A stretch of DNA of 64,000 bases. Source: Syncephalis fuscata S228. Lineage: Eukaryota > Fungi > Zoopagomycota. Made by a program: the position numbers and the translations under genes. A model generated the notes under the pieces. The model had not been told where the DNA came from, made no database searches, and saw only the letters and a program-made list of their open reading frames with translations. The DNA lies in assembly GCA_025786725.1 (NCBI GenBank), contig JAHLTZ010000017.1, positions 124,001-188,000 on the forward strand, written 5' to 3'. How positions within the stretch are numbered: the first letter of the stretch is position 1; each line of letters opens with the position of its first letter. Positions 35,356 through 47,912 of the stretch are shown here, in pieces.

Positions 35356-35841
35356 ATGATGCTTAAGAACATTGTCCAAGTAATTGCTATTGCTGCAATC
35401 GCACAGCTATCATTGATTGATAACGCTGCTGCTTTACCTTTCGGCAATATTCAATCGCTGCAACCTACCCGTGGAGTGCCCACAGTTGCAGTCAGCAAAA
35501 ATGTAGCAACTACACAAAGTACGCCTGATTCTAAGACTGATGCTAGAATAATAGCCGACAGAGTACCCCAAGCTGCCAAGAAAGGCGCCGAGGAAGTGGC
35601 GCCAAAAGTAGCTGGTACTGTTGCTGGTGCTGCCGTTCTAATAGGTGCTACAACAGTATTGACTCCAGTAATGGGTCCATTAGCAGTAGTACCGGCGTTT
35701 GGTCTTGGCAATATGGCTGCAAAAGGAGCAACCAAGTGGACTAAGAAACAAATTGACGACAACAACAGGTACAGCAACAAGCACCAGATTAAGCTACCAA
35801 ATATTCCTCAACGTACTTTGAATACTGTAGCATCCAATTGA
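35356..35841 (+). CDS. Secreted protein of unknown function with an internal Gly/Ala-rich hydrophobic hairpin
   Basis: Intronless 161-aa ORF with signal peptide (MMLKNIVQVIAIAAIAQLSLIDNAAALP), upstream TATAAATA at ~35201 and downstream AATAAA. Confidence 0.8.
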   Translation: MMLKNIVQVIAIAAIAQLSLIDNAAALPFGNIQSLQPTRGVPTVAVSKNVATTQSTPDSKTDARIIADRVPQAAKKGAEEVAPKVAGTVAGAAVLIGATTVLTPVMGPLAVVPAFGLGNMAAKGATKWTKKQIDDNNRYSNKHQIKLPNIPQRTLNTVASN

Positions 35842-36217
35842 TTTAGTCAATAAAATAAAGTCATAAAATTGTTACATTTATTATCTTTACTTTCCAGTTT
35901 GATAGCATCATCAGTGTTAGAGTAATTATTTTAACTTATCTTTGCACTTGAATATATGCTTTATTGTGTGCTGTACTAATGATCGGCTAGTGCAGTTATT
36001 ATGATGCAATAAAGGCATTGCAACGCAATAGCTCTTTAACGCATTAATTCTTATTATCTTTATAATTAGTAATTTGATTGTTATTCTCAAGTTATTTCAG
36101 TTTTATATTTACTAATCAATCACATTAGACACTATTGATCTGAAAATTGATTTATATAATTAACTGCTGTTGTCATCAAAGTTGCAGTATGTAAATGAAA
36201 AATGGGGGAAATATAGA

Positions 36218-39200
36218 TTAAGCAATGCTTTTTGCGCTACCAGCACCTTTAGCGGCACTAGCCAATTCCAATAACGTCTCAAATTCTCCTGACCGTTCGC
36301 AAAGTTGTCTGAACAAACTATCAGGCTTTTGGATCAGGCTGTACGGCGAATCGTACTCCACCATGCGACCGGCGTCTATTAAACTATCAGCAATGTGTAT
36401 ATTAAAACAAATAATAAAACTTACCCATTACTAAAACCTTGTCATAATCAATAATGGTACGCAGACGATGTGCAATGCACAGTAGTGTTGCTTGCGAAAA
36501 CTCTTCCCGGATTGTCTGTTGAATCTTAGTATCTGTATCGAAATCTACAGATGCTGTCGCCTCGTCCATAATAATAAGCTGAATAAACATTGTTAGTTAT
36601 GTGCTTTAATTTAGCTGCAGTAATAGCGCACCTTATTTGTGCGCAAAAGGGCACGAGCCATGGCCAGCAATTGACGCTGTCCTTGACTAAAGTTGGAGCC
36701 ATTTTCTGAAACGGGCGAGTCAAGAGATTCAAGACCAGGTGGCCGATTGTCGCTATCATCGATCAAATGACTACGACGAAGTGCATTCCAAATGGATTCA
36801 TCGTCATAACTGCTAAACGGATCAACATTACTACGAATGGTGCCATTAAACAAAATGGGATCTTGCGGAATAATGGTCAAGTGTGAACGTAAATCTTGTA
36901 GACCAATCTTGCTGATATCGACATCATCTACAATAATACGGCCAGATGTTGCCTCCACAAATCGGAATAGCGAAATGGCCAGTGTAGATTTACCAGCACC
37001 TATTGCGTATAACAATGTTACTAATTGATATTTGCCTATCTCATTAAATATCGCCTTACCAGTACGGCCAACAATACCAACACGCTCACCAGGCTGGACG
37101 GAAAACGAAAGATCCTGAATAACTGGATCATGTTCTGGTGTGTATTGTATAACCAGGCTTTCTACTTTGACTTCACCCGATTCTGGCCACTATTAAATGT
37201 TGGTTATATTCTTACAAAATACTATAACTGTACTTACGTGTTCATTAACGCGATTATCTTCAATAATTGCTGGCGCTTCTTGCTCAATGTCAAGATACTC
37301 CTGAACACGCTCAATGCTATTCATGTTCATTTCAACAATGGCATACATACGAATAAGCCACTATAATAAAATAATTAGTACAGTATATCCATACAATAGC
37401 GTTTGCTTACCATCATAATGTCTACAAAGCTAAGCGCAAAACTCAACGAGAATCCGGCCAGACCAGCATCCATCGATTTGGGTGCGTACAAAATAAAAAA
37501 GGCTGCAAAGAAGGATACAAATGCACCGAAAGTATCTGTACGCCAGGACAACCAACGATTCGCGGCCCAGATGTGATAGTATGGTCGATTCATGGCATCG
37601 ACGCGTTCTATACTGAGGCGCATGAATCGACTCTCAGCGCCAAATGCACGAATAGTACCCACACCACTAAATAAATGTTTATATGTTAGTATAAATTAGT
37701 GATTTGTTGTTAGTTGCTTACTTAAGTGATTCGCCGAATAGTGTAAAAAGCGGAGATTTGGATACAGACTCGATTCGCTTTAATTCGCGAGATGTAGTAA
37801 TAAACAGCATAGAAATAATAACATAGGCAAATGCTAATTTGTTCACTTTAGTGTGGTGTTTTTGTTAAATAGTGATTACTTACCAATAAATATGCCGGCA
37901 ATTAAAAATTTTGGCGTTACAAACGAGATAGCTAATATAATACCAATAGCTTGGACAGCAGCAACTAAAAAGAATGCCAAACATGGCGCCACTTCAAGAT
38001 CAATCATTTCAATATCCTTACTGAATCGATTCATAATACGGCCAATAGGCGTGACATCAAAAAAGCGTAATTTTGCATACAAAATACGATCCAAAAGACG
38101 AGTAAATAGTGAACGGCTTGCTTTAAAAGAGCCATAATACAACATCATATTACGAATAACTGCCGTAGCCATAGCTAAAATACCCAGGCCGGCATAGATG
38201 CTTAAGTAATAACCAGCATATTGTTTAGCATCTTCACCACCAGTTTCATTAGAAGTGGCCCAGTTACGTAGCCAGTAAGTCTGCATGATGATAACAGTTT
38301 GCGAAATAATATATAGCAAAATGACTACCGACCAAGCACCGTAGCCACCACTTGCTTGGATGTAAGTGTGATAGATTGAAAAGCCAACTGAGCCTTGTTG
38401 TCGCTCTTCTTCTTCAGTCAGCTTGCCAGATACGCCGTTGCTACTCTTTTTCTTAGTAACTATAGCCTTTTCGCCATCTTTCTCACTGATATCAGTCTCT
38501 GAACTAGACTGTGACCCTAAAGCTATCTTGCTATCATTCTGTGGTGTAGCTGTACCAGATACTGGTGATGGCTGTCGAGTAGGTGGAACTGAGCTATTGG
38601 CCAGTTCAGGCAATAGGCCAGCTGCCAAAATGCTTTCTAATGAGCCTTGTCCAGTAATACATCCTTCTTGCATTGTTACAATAAAATTAGCACTGTGTGC
38701 ACATAGCTCTACATGATGTGTTACAAGTATACGTGTACGCCCTTGCATTAATGGTCCTTGCAAACAATGCTCAACAATATGTTTAGCAGTGTGTGCATCA
38801 ACTGCCGATAAACAATCGTCAAGTAGAATATGCTTAGCTGAACTGTACATGGCACGAGCCAGTGATACACGTTGTTTTTGTCCACCCGATAGCGTGACAC
38901 CTTTCTCGCCAATCTCTGTACTATCACCAGCATCGAGTATCTCTAAATCACGCTTTAAAGCACAGGCAAACACCACTTGATTGTAACGATCCTCCTCGTA
39001 TTCTTGTCCAAATAGAATATTATCGCGAATAGATAAGTTTTGAAGCCAAGCTTGTTGTGCCACATAGGCAACATTATCGATTGATCCACTAAAGATCGTA
39101 TTATCCAATGGACGACGTGGAATAAGTACTTTACCACTAGTACAACGCATTTCTATTTACCAATAATTAGCAAGTTACTAATTCATCAATCAGTCAATGA

Positions 39201-41816
39201 CTTACCACCTAATAACGCATGTAACAGTGAAGACTTGCCAGCTCCAGTAGGACCAACAATAATACTGAATTGACCAGTTGGAAATTTCATATTTAATCCA
39301 GTAAGTTTAAATCCAGTAGGCTGGTGATTTACCAAAGTGTCAGCATCAATTGCTACTTCTTGATGTTCATCCCATTGAACATTAGCATTTTCAAATCCAA
39401 TTTCATTAGAATTTACAGTATTAATATCACGGTAATCTGTCGATATTCCATCTTCAATATCTGGTTCATCTAAAAACTTGGAAATACGATTTAAGCTAAC
39501 ACGACCTTGAAGTGTCCATACAACTGCTTCAGGCAATTGATCCATAGCTTCACGTAGGATATTTAACAAGGCCAGTGAAGTAAATGCCGTGGATGCCGTA
39601 AGTGTATTTCCAAATAGCAATGTATGTGCACCAAATGTAGCAAGTGTAATTATTGCTGGAGTAGCAAATCCAAGCGCTATAAAGTAAATGAACATAATCA
39701 ATCGTTTCCACACATTAGCTAGTTCATCTTCACGTTTGATCATAACTCGTTCACGGAACTGTTGTTCCCAGGCAAATAGTTTAATAATACGAATGCCTTG
39801 TAGTACCTATTTATATTGGTAAGTTATTGTATATCTAAAATATTTATACTTACTTCATTGGATGCAGCAAGTCGTTTATCAGTTGTTTTCATTAGTCTTT
39901 CATGCAATGAAGTATATTTACTACTTGCTAAACCGGATATGTAAAATAATGGTGCAGTGACCAAAAATCCAATAATTGTAGAAGTGCCCAATAGCTTCCA
40001 AAGAAATACAAGCGATAGAACAACTTGAATTGGTGTAAACCACATCTGATGAAGATAAGCGCTAATATCGCCAATGCTATTGGCATCAACACTAAGCAAG
40101 TTGGTAATAGAGCCGATATCAGCTGGATCATCGCTTTCTTCGTCGTTTTTACTTTCTTCATCTTTCGTGTAATTGATAATCTCTGCCTGTGTTCTTCAGT
40201 TGATGTATCGACATCATCGATAACAACTGCTGCTGCTTTGGCGCTAGTAGCCGCTTTAGATTTGGCCACAACACGGCGACGTAACGACTTGATAAACAGC
40301 TCGCTTGATAGAATAGCACGAATACGCACACTAATGCGTCTTCCAATCCAGTAGGCACGCTGGCCAGTTGAGCTCATAACCACTGAACCGACAAGCATGC
40401 CTACTGCATACAACATAGCCATAGTTGGTGTAGCAGATGTTGGATCGGAAACATAGTTAAGAAGAAGATTCATAAAGAATGGCATTGAAAAGCTCATAAT
40501 ACATATACGGTCGAGAATGACAGCTGAATAATAAGATCATTACGCGATACTCGAACCAGTGATGCTAACAACGATGGGCGTCTAGTAGTTGCAAATAATG
40601 ACATTAGAGCCATGCTTAACTGCTTATTAGTCTGCTTACTTGTGCTTTCGATACAATTTAATAGCTGTATCTGCCTGTTCTTCCGGTCTTAGTTCCCATA
40701 GATCTTCATGTTGTAATGGGCGTTTGTAACCAAGGTGGATTATCGGTGTAATCCAGCCATAGTTGAAATAGGCCAAAAACGATTCACCAGATTCGTGACT
40801 AACTTGGCGTCACCGCTAATAACAACAGGCTTTGTTCTAGCAATAGCTGCAGTACAGAACAAAAAGAATATTAAATGATAATGAACAGTTACAATACGAC
40901 CATTAAGACTATTGATGTCAAAAGTGCCGGTACGCACTTGATGAGCCAAATCAATTGTAGCACTAATATAAGAAGCTACATAGAATAGACATAGGTAGAT
41001 AATTGATGGCCGAGCGTTATTCCACTGTCCATGTCTTAGACGAATAAAAGCCTCCGTCGTTATGGTATCTAATAGAATGGACTGTTAATTGCTAGTCTAT
41101 CCTAATAGCAAGTTACTTACCCACATCAATAGCTCAAGTGCAAAAGGACCTGCAGCACTAAAACTATCAGTGGCATATCTAATCATTTGAATAGCAGCCA
41201 AAATACAAACACTAAATGATAGAACAGCACGTATTGCGTCTAGTCGTGACCATTTCAGCTCAGACTCGGCCAGCGGCAGACCAGTATTGCTATCATAGAC
41301 AGTATTCAACGCAGAGTAGCGACTGTGTGCTTCTCCAAGTAGGCCTCTCTCGTAGCTTGGTACTTCATCCTCCTCGGTACTGAGTCTTGTACCGCTTGGG
41401 GGAATAGCACCGTAACTTGCTACTGCAGGCACCGTTTGGTAACGATTATTGGTCCGTGCCCCATATGTCTTGCGTACCAGAACAAAAAGATAAGCAAGAA
41501 ATGCAATTGCTGGCAAGGCATACTGAATGAAGCTATATGAATGCCGCAAGTCAATATATTGCAACAGTAGTCTATCTATCAACTTACTGAAAGAAGTTGT
41601 ACGACACAGCTGCTGTAACGTCAATTGAGGCAAGTTGCTACAGTCATAAATTCAACAAGTAAGTAATTTATATTAAATAAATAGGTTAATAGTTACAAAG
41701 CTGTTATCAGCGCGTTTAGATGAATTGATATACGGCTGCCATAGTCGAGATATCATAGACGTGTCCACCGTATCACCAGGAAATGATTGCTCTTGTAAAA
41801 ATGCCATCTCCCTCAT
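36218..41816 (-). CDS. ABCC/MRP-type ABC transporter (Ybt1/Bpt1-like), multi-exon
   Basis: NBD1 GPTGAGKSS and [25 protein letters not shown]; NBD2 [42 protein letters not shown]; TMD motifs [17 protein letters not shown]; one apparent frameshift near 40170. Confidence 0.95.
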
Positions 41817-42664
41817 TGCAACAACAGTAATGTGTCGCTAAGAAAAAACTGTAAAATAAAAGACCAATGTTTAAATGTAACCAAGTAGCTTTTTTTGTAT
41901 GTGTTTTAAACGAATGGGTAAAAGAGCGGGTACATTAAAGAAGAAAAATCTCTTGGTTATGGCTTCTTATTTTATTATCCGAAAAGGTCGTGTTCTGGTA
42001 ACACACAAACACATGCCTAACATTGAAATGATAACAACATAGTTTGATGCATTATTAGTCATTGCAATGATATCGTCCAGTAATATGGAATATAAAAATA
42101 ATCAAATTGAGTCACAGTTTTATCAGTGTTTATTATTACTGGATTGTGTATTAATAGAATTAGTACATAGATTACCTGATTAGTAATGAAACTATACCTT
42201 TTAAAGGTCAATCATGCTTAATTAGCAATGGTTGCATGTAAACTAGTTTAATTCATTAATGGCTATTAGCTACAGTTATTGTTATTATAATATTTATATA
42301 AATGTACATAGCTGATAAAATACATTAAAGTCTACATAATAGATAATTGTGTTATTTTTGTGTAATAATAATAGGCCATTGGTAATTTTGACTCATTGAC
42401 TGGAGTAGCACGTGCTATATATTATTTAATATATGTTTGATCAATATGAAACGATAAGGCCAATTGTGTATTTAGCAAATTGGTAATTTTATGGTACTCA
42501 TTCAGTTACCAGTGGTAGTAAAGATGAAACAAAAACGAAAAAAATAGTAAAAAATAGGCAAATACTGGTAAAAATTAACCGAATAAGTATAAATTATAAC
42601 CAGTTAGTAATTATATATTATGAACTATAGTTAATATTTATGTAATACTGTTTATTATTAAATA

Positions 42665-45063
42665 CTAAGATGATTTTTTAAAATAATTAAGAATGCTTGT
42701 ATTGGAAGCTGATGCGGGCTTTTTACGACTTTTTACACCTTTAGATGAGTCATCGATCCCATTTAGCTTCTATGTATATTATTGGCTATTAATATTTGTT
42801 ATTATCTATATTTGTTATTCTTACTTCATAACGATATTTAACAAGTAGTTTATACGCCTTTTTTAGAGCAGTTGGAATTGCTTCTTCAGCTAGAGTTGAC
42901 TCATCTACCCATCGATAAGATCGACCTGTTTTTGTCGTCATTGTTGTTGTTGTTGTGTCTGTGTTAAACGTGTCACCGTGCAACTGTAAAGACTCGACCC
43001 GATAAGTTTTACGAATATGTGTAAATAGATGAGTCACGTCGCCAAGCAGATGGCGGGTCCATGTTGTTGGATCATGTAACAGATTATCTGGTATGAAATC
43101 GTGCAACCAGTTGGTTAACATTTTGTCTGATACTGATTCTGTCTGCTTGTCTGGATGACCCAACTCTTTCGATGGAAATTCCCATAAACCGGCCAATAAT
43201 CCTTGCAAATGATGAGTAATATTATGACTATTGGATAATGTGTTGCTTACCTTGGTCGGGTCGACGAACCAGTAAATATTCGATGGATTTATTTTGTTCT
43301 TGTTTAGTATTGCTTGGACGACTAATACTACGTTCTACAATAAATACAGCGCATACTAGTTGTATCGCATATGATTAACAATTAAATAATAGTCAATGCC
43401 AAATTACTTACGCTCTTCGCGCTGCGCTTTCTTTGGCGCTTTACATGGATAAAAACTAACTTGAGGTATACTTGGTGTAAAAAGTTCAGCATTACTTAAA
43501 CCAGGCAGACAAACGCTGCAAGCTGTAATAAATTAATAAATATTAAATAGCAATTACACATTGTAACCATACCATTTTCATCATCTACTAAACTGTCATT
43601 ATCTGCGCTATCTGTGGTTAACGGCCGCTTTTTTTGTTCCTTCTCGTAAGCCAGCACCTATTTAATGCATCAATCAATATAGTCTAGTGTTATCGCGCAA
43701 TTTACTTACCTCAGCATAGGCACGACATCTTGTCTGTAGTGGACAAGCTTGACAACTGGGATTGACAGGTGTGCAAATGGTAGCTCCTAATTCCATAAGT
43801 GCTTGATTGAAATCGCCAGGAAATTCACAGTGCTCAACCAATGCACCAGCCAATTGCCTATATAAATATTAATTACTTAATATCATAAACCAGTTTAAAT
43901 AGTTATAATATTGAATTTACCAAAATAATGCAATAGTAGCTGCTGATTTGATATCTCCAGAAATAGCACGTAACCGGGAAAGCACTCGCTGTACATTACC
44001 ATCGACCAATGGCACTCGGTGATTATATGCAATAGATGCAATAGCACCTAATCACAAATTCAATATTTATAATTATGCTGATATAATCGTAATATTTACC
44101 AGCAGTATATCGACCAATACCCGGTACTTTCTGTTCAAGTAACTCAACATTTGTCGGTAATAAACCATTATAGGATTTAACAAGCATTTGAGCAGCCTCG
44201 TGGAGTCGACGTGCACGCGAATAATAGCCTAGACCAGCCCATACCTTATTAACTTCCTAACCAATTCAAATATTATATTATATTATATTATATTAGCATA
44301 TTAATACTATTAACATGCTATTTTATCAATTACCTCAATATCAGCATCAGCTAATGTTTGTACTGTTGGCCAACGAGTCATCCATCGCTCGTAATAATCA
44401 ATGACCGTCTTAACTTGTGTCTACAATAGTAACAATAATAATTAATATCATAATAGTTTCTAACATTTATTTAATTACCTGCTGTAACATAATTTCGCTC
44501 ACCCACACTTAATAGTAGATTGTTAGTAAATAATTGCTTTTAGTATTTTTAATTTATTATTACCTTCATAGGCACGCTGACCCAATTGCTTTTGATCTTC
44601 TATTGTTACTAGCTATTGATATTTCATTGACTAATTTGTATCCACTTTTTAACAAATGTGCTTAACACCTACCTTAGTTGCTGTACTTGGTGGTGTGCGC
44701 CATGGTAATGTACGTGCTATTTTACGATACCAGGCAAGTAGTGCATTCTGTACGGCTGTTTGCTCTCCCGTCGAAAACGTATGTAACTGTTCCGCATGTC
44801 GGTAGCGATAGCGTTGCTTATCGCCTCGACGTAATGACCCGGCTGTGCCTACCAAATCTTCAAGGTCACCAATTGGTACACAACTTGAATTTAATTCAAG
44901 ACTACTAGATGGCGTCGCTATTCGCGTTCTAGTACGCTTCGTCTTCGCCTCTATCTCACTATCGTTAAGTTAATAACAATAACGTTTACCGAATACATCA
45001 TAAGCTTTTTCTCTCTTCTTATTACCTGTCGGTGGATAACCGTACACGACGTCGTGTCTGCAT
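42665..45063 (-). CDS. MUTYH: A/G-specific adenine DNA glycosylase MutY homolog, multi-exon
   Basis: Spliced exons give [95 protein letters not shown] (4Fe-4S), [11 protein letters not shown] and a C-terminal PIP-like SILNYF; start codon inferred. Confidence 0.93.
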
Positions 45064-45135
45064 TATAAATAAATAAAAAGTAAAATAAAAGCAATGCTTA
45101 TTACTAATTTTATTAAGAAAAATCAAACAGCCAGT

Positions 45136-46346
45136 TTATAAGGCAATGGCTCGGAAATGGTCATCATCAATGGTATTGTATAAATGACCCTCAGAGACTA
45201 ACCATTCCAAGGCTTGTCTATATAGTAATTATAGCCAGTATAATTTATTAATATTATGTATATTTATACTAATAAATAATTAGTATATTCTACTACTTAC
45301 CGAACAGCAGGTTCATTCTGATTTGCTTGTTTAACAATCTCACTGATATTTGGACCAGTATCGCTATCACGACTACTGACAAATTGGATAATTCGCGATT
45401 GTAGTGGTGAAAAGTTATTGGCATCGCTCATCATTACGTCGTTGCCCGTGTTACTTGTAAATGGGTTTGCATTTGATGTTTGTCCACCTGCCATGCCTAC
45501 TGTTCCATCCGATCGTATCTAATAATTACAAGTGTTAATACTACCTGATTACCAGTCAAATAATTTACTTACTGGTCCACGGGTAAAGAACAAATGTGCA
45601 TAGACAACTTCAAGCAAATGCGTTGTTACTTCATTACAGTCATTAACTGGCTGCATACGAATGATGGTAATTCGACTTTTATCGTTAAATACGCGAATTT
45701 GTCCATAAACTCGAACATAGCTATTAATGCTGAGGGCAATAACAATAGTTTGATATTAGTTTTACTTTAATAAACAGCCAATACTATTAACTTACGGGAT
45801 TTCTGCTAATTGTGAATCCTTTTCCGCAGGATCATTTTCATTCATCCATAGCTGTGCATCGGCTGTTGCAGTGCCATCATCAAGCATGAATGAATAGAAT
45901 GAAGACTGTCGTTCACGGGCACGCATTAGAGCTACTACTGTAATCTATTAAATAATATTTAAATAACATAACAATAAGTAGCATTTATAATATTACCAAT
46001 GATATAGGATGGCCATCAACTTTAAAGCTGCCATCGGCCTGTCCCGATGCTTCTGCGTTAAGTGCCTGTTTAATAGTCACCGGACGTACACTTTGATTAT
46101 CTCTCTATTATGTTACATTGCTATTAATAACGGCCAACAATAAATATTGCACTAATAATGAGCCGTGCCTACCTTGTTAAATGCATTGAATTGAGATCCA
46201 GACCCATCACCACCTGGCGAAGTAAGAAAGCCACCGCCACCATGACTACCACTACGATGTGGTGTATTTGCTCCGCCGTAGGGGTCGTAATCTATTAATT
46301 ATAAATATAACCTCGCAAATAGATCAATAAGTGATTTACCGTTCAT
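45136..46346 (-). CDS. RPA2: Replication protein A 32-kDa subunit, multi-exon
   Basis: Spliced exons give GGGGFLTSP, SVRPVTIKQ, LDDGTA, YVRVYGQIRVF, NEVTTHLLEVVYAHL and the winged-helix end LVSEGHLYNTIDDDHF. Confidence 0.9.
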
Positions 46347-46778
46347 TTCAAATTGAGTGTAATTGATTGGTTAGAACAAGATCGTATCTGTATAGAAAGT
46401 AGAGATTACAGACGCATGTGTAGTGTAATAGTAAAAAAGAAAACACAAACATCGGTTTTAAATGGGTCAATTTAAAACACGTTAATGTAACTAATAATAG
46501 TATTAATAATAACGCGTCATAGTGATGCATTTTTATTTTAATTATTACACATAAAAAATATTGGCTGACATTTTACTTTCATCCCCTACTTATTTCCATC
46601 ATTTCTTTACTTCAGCGCAGTAACTGTTTTTATACAATCAACTGTAATGATTTAAATAATGAATTTGCGTTCATCATTTACAATAAATATTAATGTAATA
46701 TAATAACATTAGCATTTCCATAAAATATAATTAAATTTAACAGAATATTGTATTAGTAATAATATTAAACATTTAAAT

Positions 46779-46933
46779 CAATAATATAGCATACTATTTG
46801 ATTTCTTTGGAATATTTGAGGTTGATCATTGTTGTTGCTGGTTATATGTAGAAAGATTGATTAAATATTAATATAAGCCATATGATTGCGATTTCATGTC
46901 ATTCCACATTTGTTGTTGCACTAGTGCATACAT
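46779..46933 (+). repeat. Dispersed non-coding repeat; copies at ~49316-49410 and ~14457-14575
   Basis: aatatagcatactatttgatttctttggaatatttgag.ttgatcattgttgttgctggt is near identical at 46783 and 49320; tagaaagattgattaaatattaata.aagccatatgattgc is shared with ~14486. Confidence 0.85.
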
Positions 46934-47114
46934 ATTATGTTTTATTGCGCGTAGCATAAAATACTGCTTCTTTATTTTGATATGAAAATAGTGCGGACTG
47001 ACTCATTTTAAATTAATTCAGAGTTGATACAGCACTGCTCCAACAAATAACACTTCTCGATTTTAAAAACTGATTGACAGTTTTATTATTATTGTTGCTT
47101 TTTTAAGATGGAAT

Positions 47115-47340
47115 TATAAGTTTATTACTATAAGCCTGCACAATTGAATAGGGGCAGCTAATTGTAAGCTTGCTGGTAAAATAATGATTCCATTGATTAA
47201 AGATTGGATAGACCGGAGCATTGACCAAAACTTGATATACAAGCAGACTGAAAGGTGTAGTTGTTAAATAATCTTGCTTTTCACCGAATATATATCTAAA
47301 GTGTATTGGAATAGTCGTTTGGTTGCACTAGCAATGCTAA
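47115..47340 (-). repeat. Conserved 3' region of peptide family, copy 3
   Basis: Highly similar to 63480-63720 (ggtaaaata.tgattccattgattaaaga, ccgaatatata.ctaaagtgtattggaata). Confidence 0.88.
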
Positions 47341-47558
47341 TCGTCTAAAGGTGAATTTCTAAAACAAGCTTTGAAACATTTAAGGTTCCGACAAAAAGCG
47401 CTGAGAATGCGGCCACCGTGACGCTCGTCGCAGTTTACGCGACAATCAATACACTTCGCAGAACGATAAACGCTTGAGCCTGGTTTAGCATCCACCATGA
47501 CTGTAGTGGCTACCAGAGCCACAACAACGGTGCAAACGACGGCAATAGAAAGCTTCAT
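47337..47558 (-). CDS. Small secreted 6-Cys peptide, intronless family member (copy 3)
   Basis: Signal MKLSIAVVCTVVVALVATTVMVDAKP; core Cx2Cx3Cx12Cx4Cx3C. Confidence 0.88.
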   Translation of the reverse strand: MKLSIAVVCTVVVALVATTVMVDAKPGSSVYRSAKCIDCRVNCDERHGGRILSAFCRNLKCFKACFRNSPLDD

Positions 47559-47828
47559 GATGATATTGATTTGTTAAGACAAACAAATAAAAGAGATCGT
47601 AGAGTGTGGTTGGTATAAAGTGGAGAGTAGATAGTAGAATGTGATGATGATATTGCAGTTGGTGTATATATTTTGTGGGCTATTTATACTTATGGTTATG
47701 CTGAGATGCTAGTATACTGTAGTATATGAGGTACACTATTGACGTGTAATATGAGCCAATAAAGCAATTTAAATAATACTTTGAGGTGCGCGTGTACCAA
47801 TAGATTCATGGCGTAATAGCATGCTTTC

Positions 47829-47912
47829 CAGCCTTGATTTCAACCTGCTCAGTCTTGGTTTCAACCTACCCAGTCTTGATTTAAACCTGCCCGGTCTTTG
47901 CTTCAATCTACT
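47829..47912. repeat. 21-nt minisatellite, 4 degenerate copies
   Basis: cagccttgatttcaacctgct / cagtcttggtttcaacctacc / cagtcttgatttaaacctgcc / cggtctttgcttcaatctact. Confidence 0.85.
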
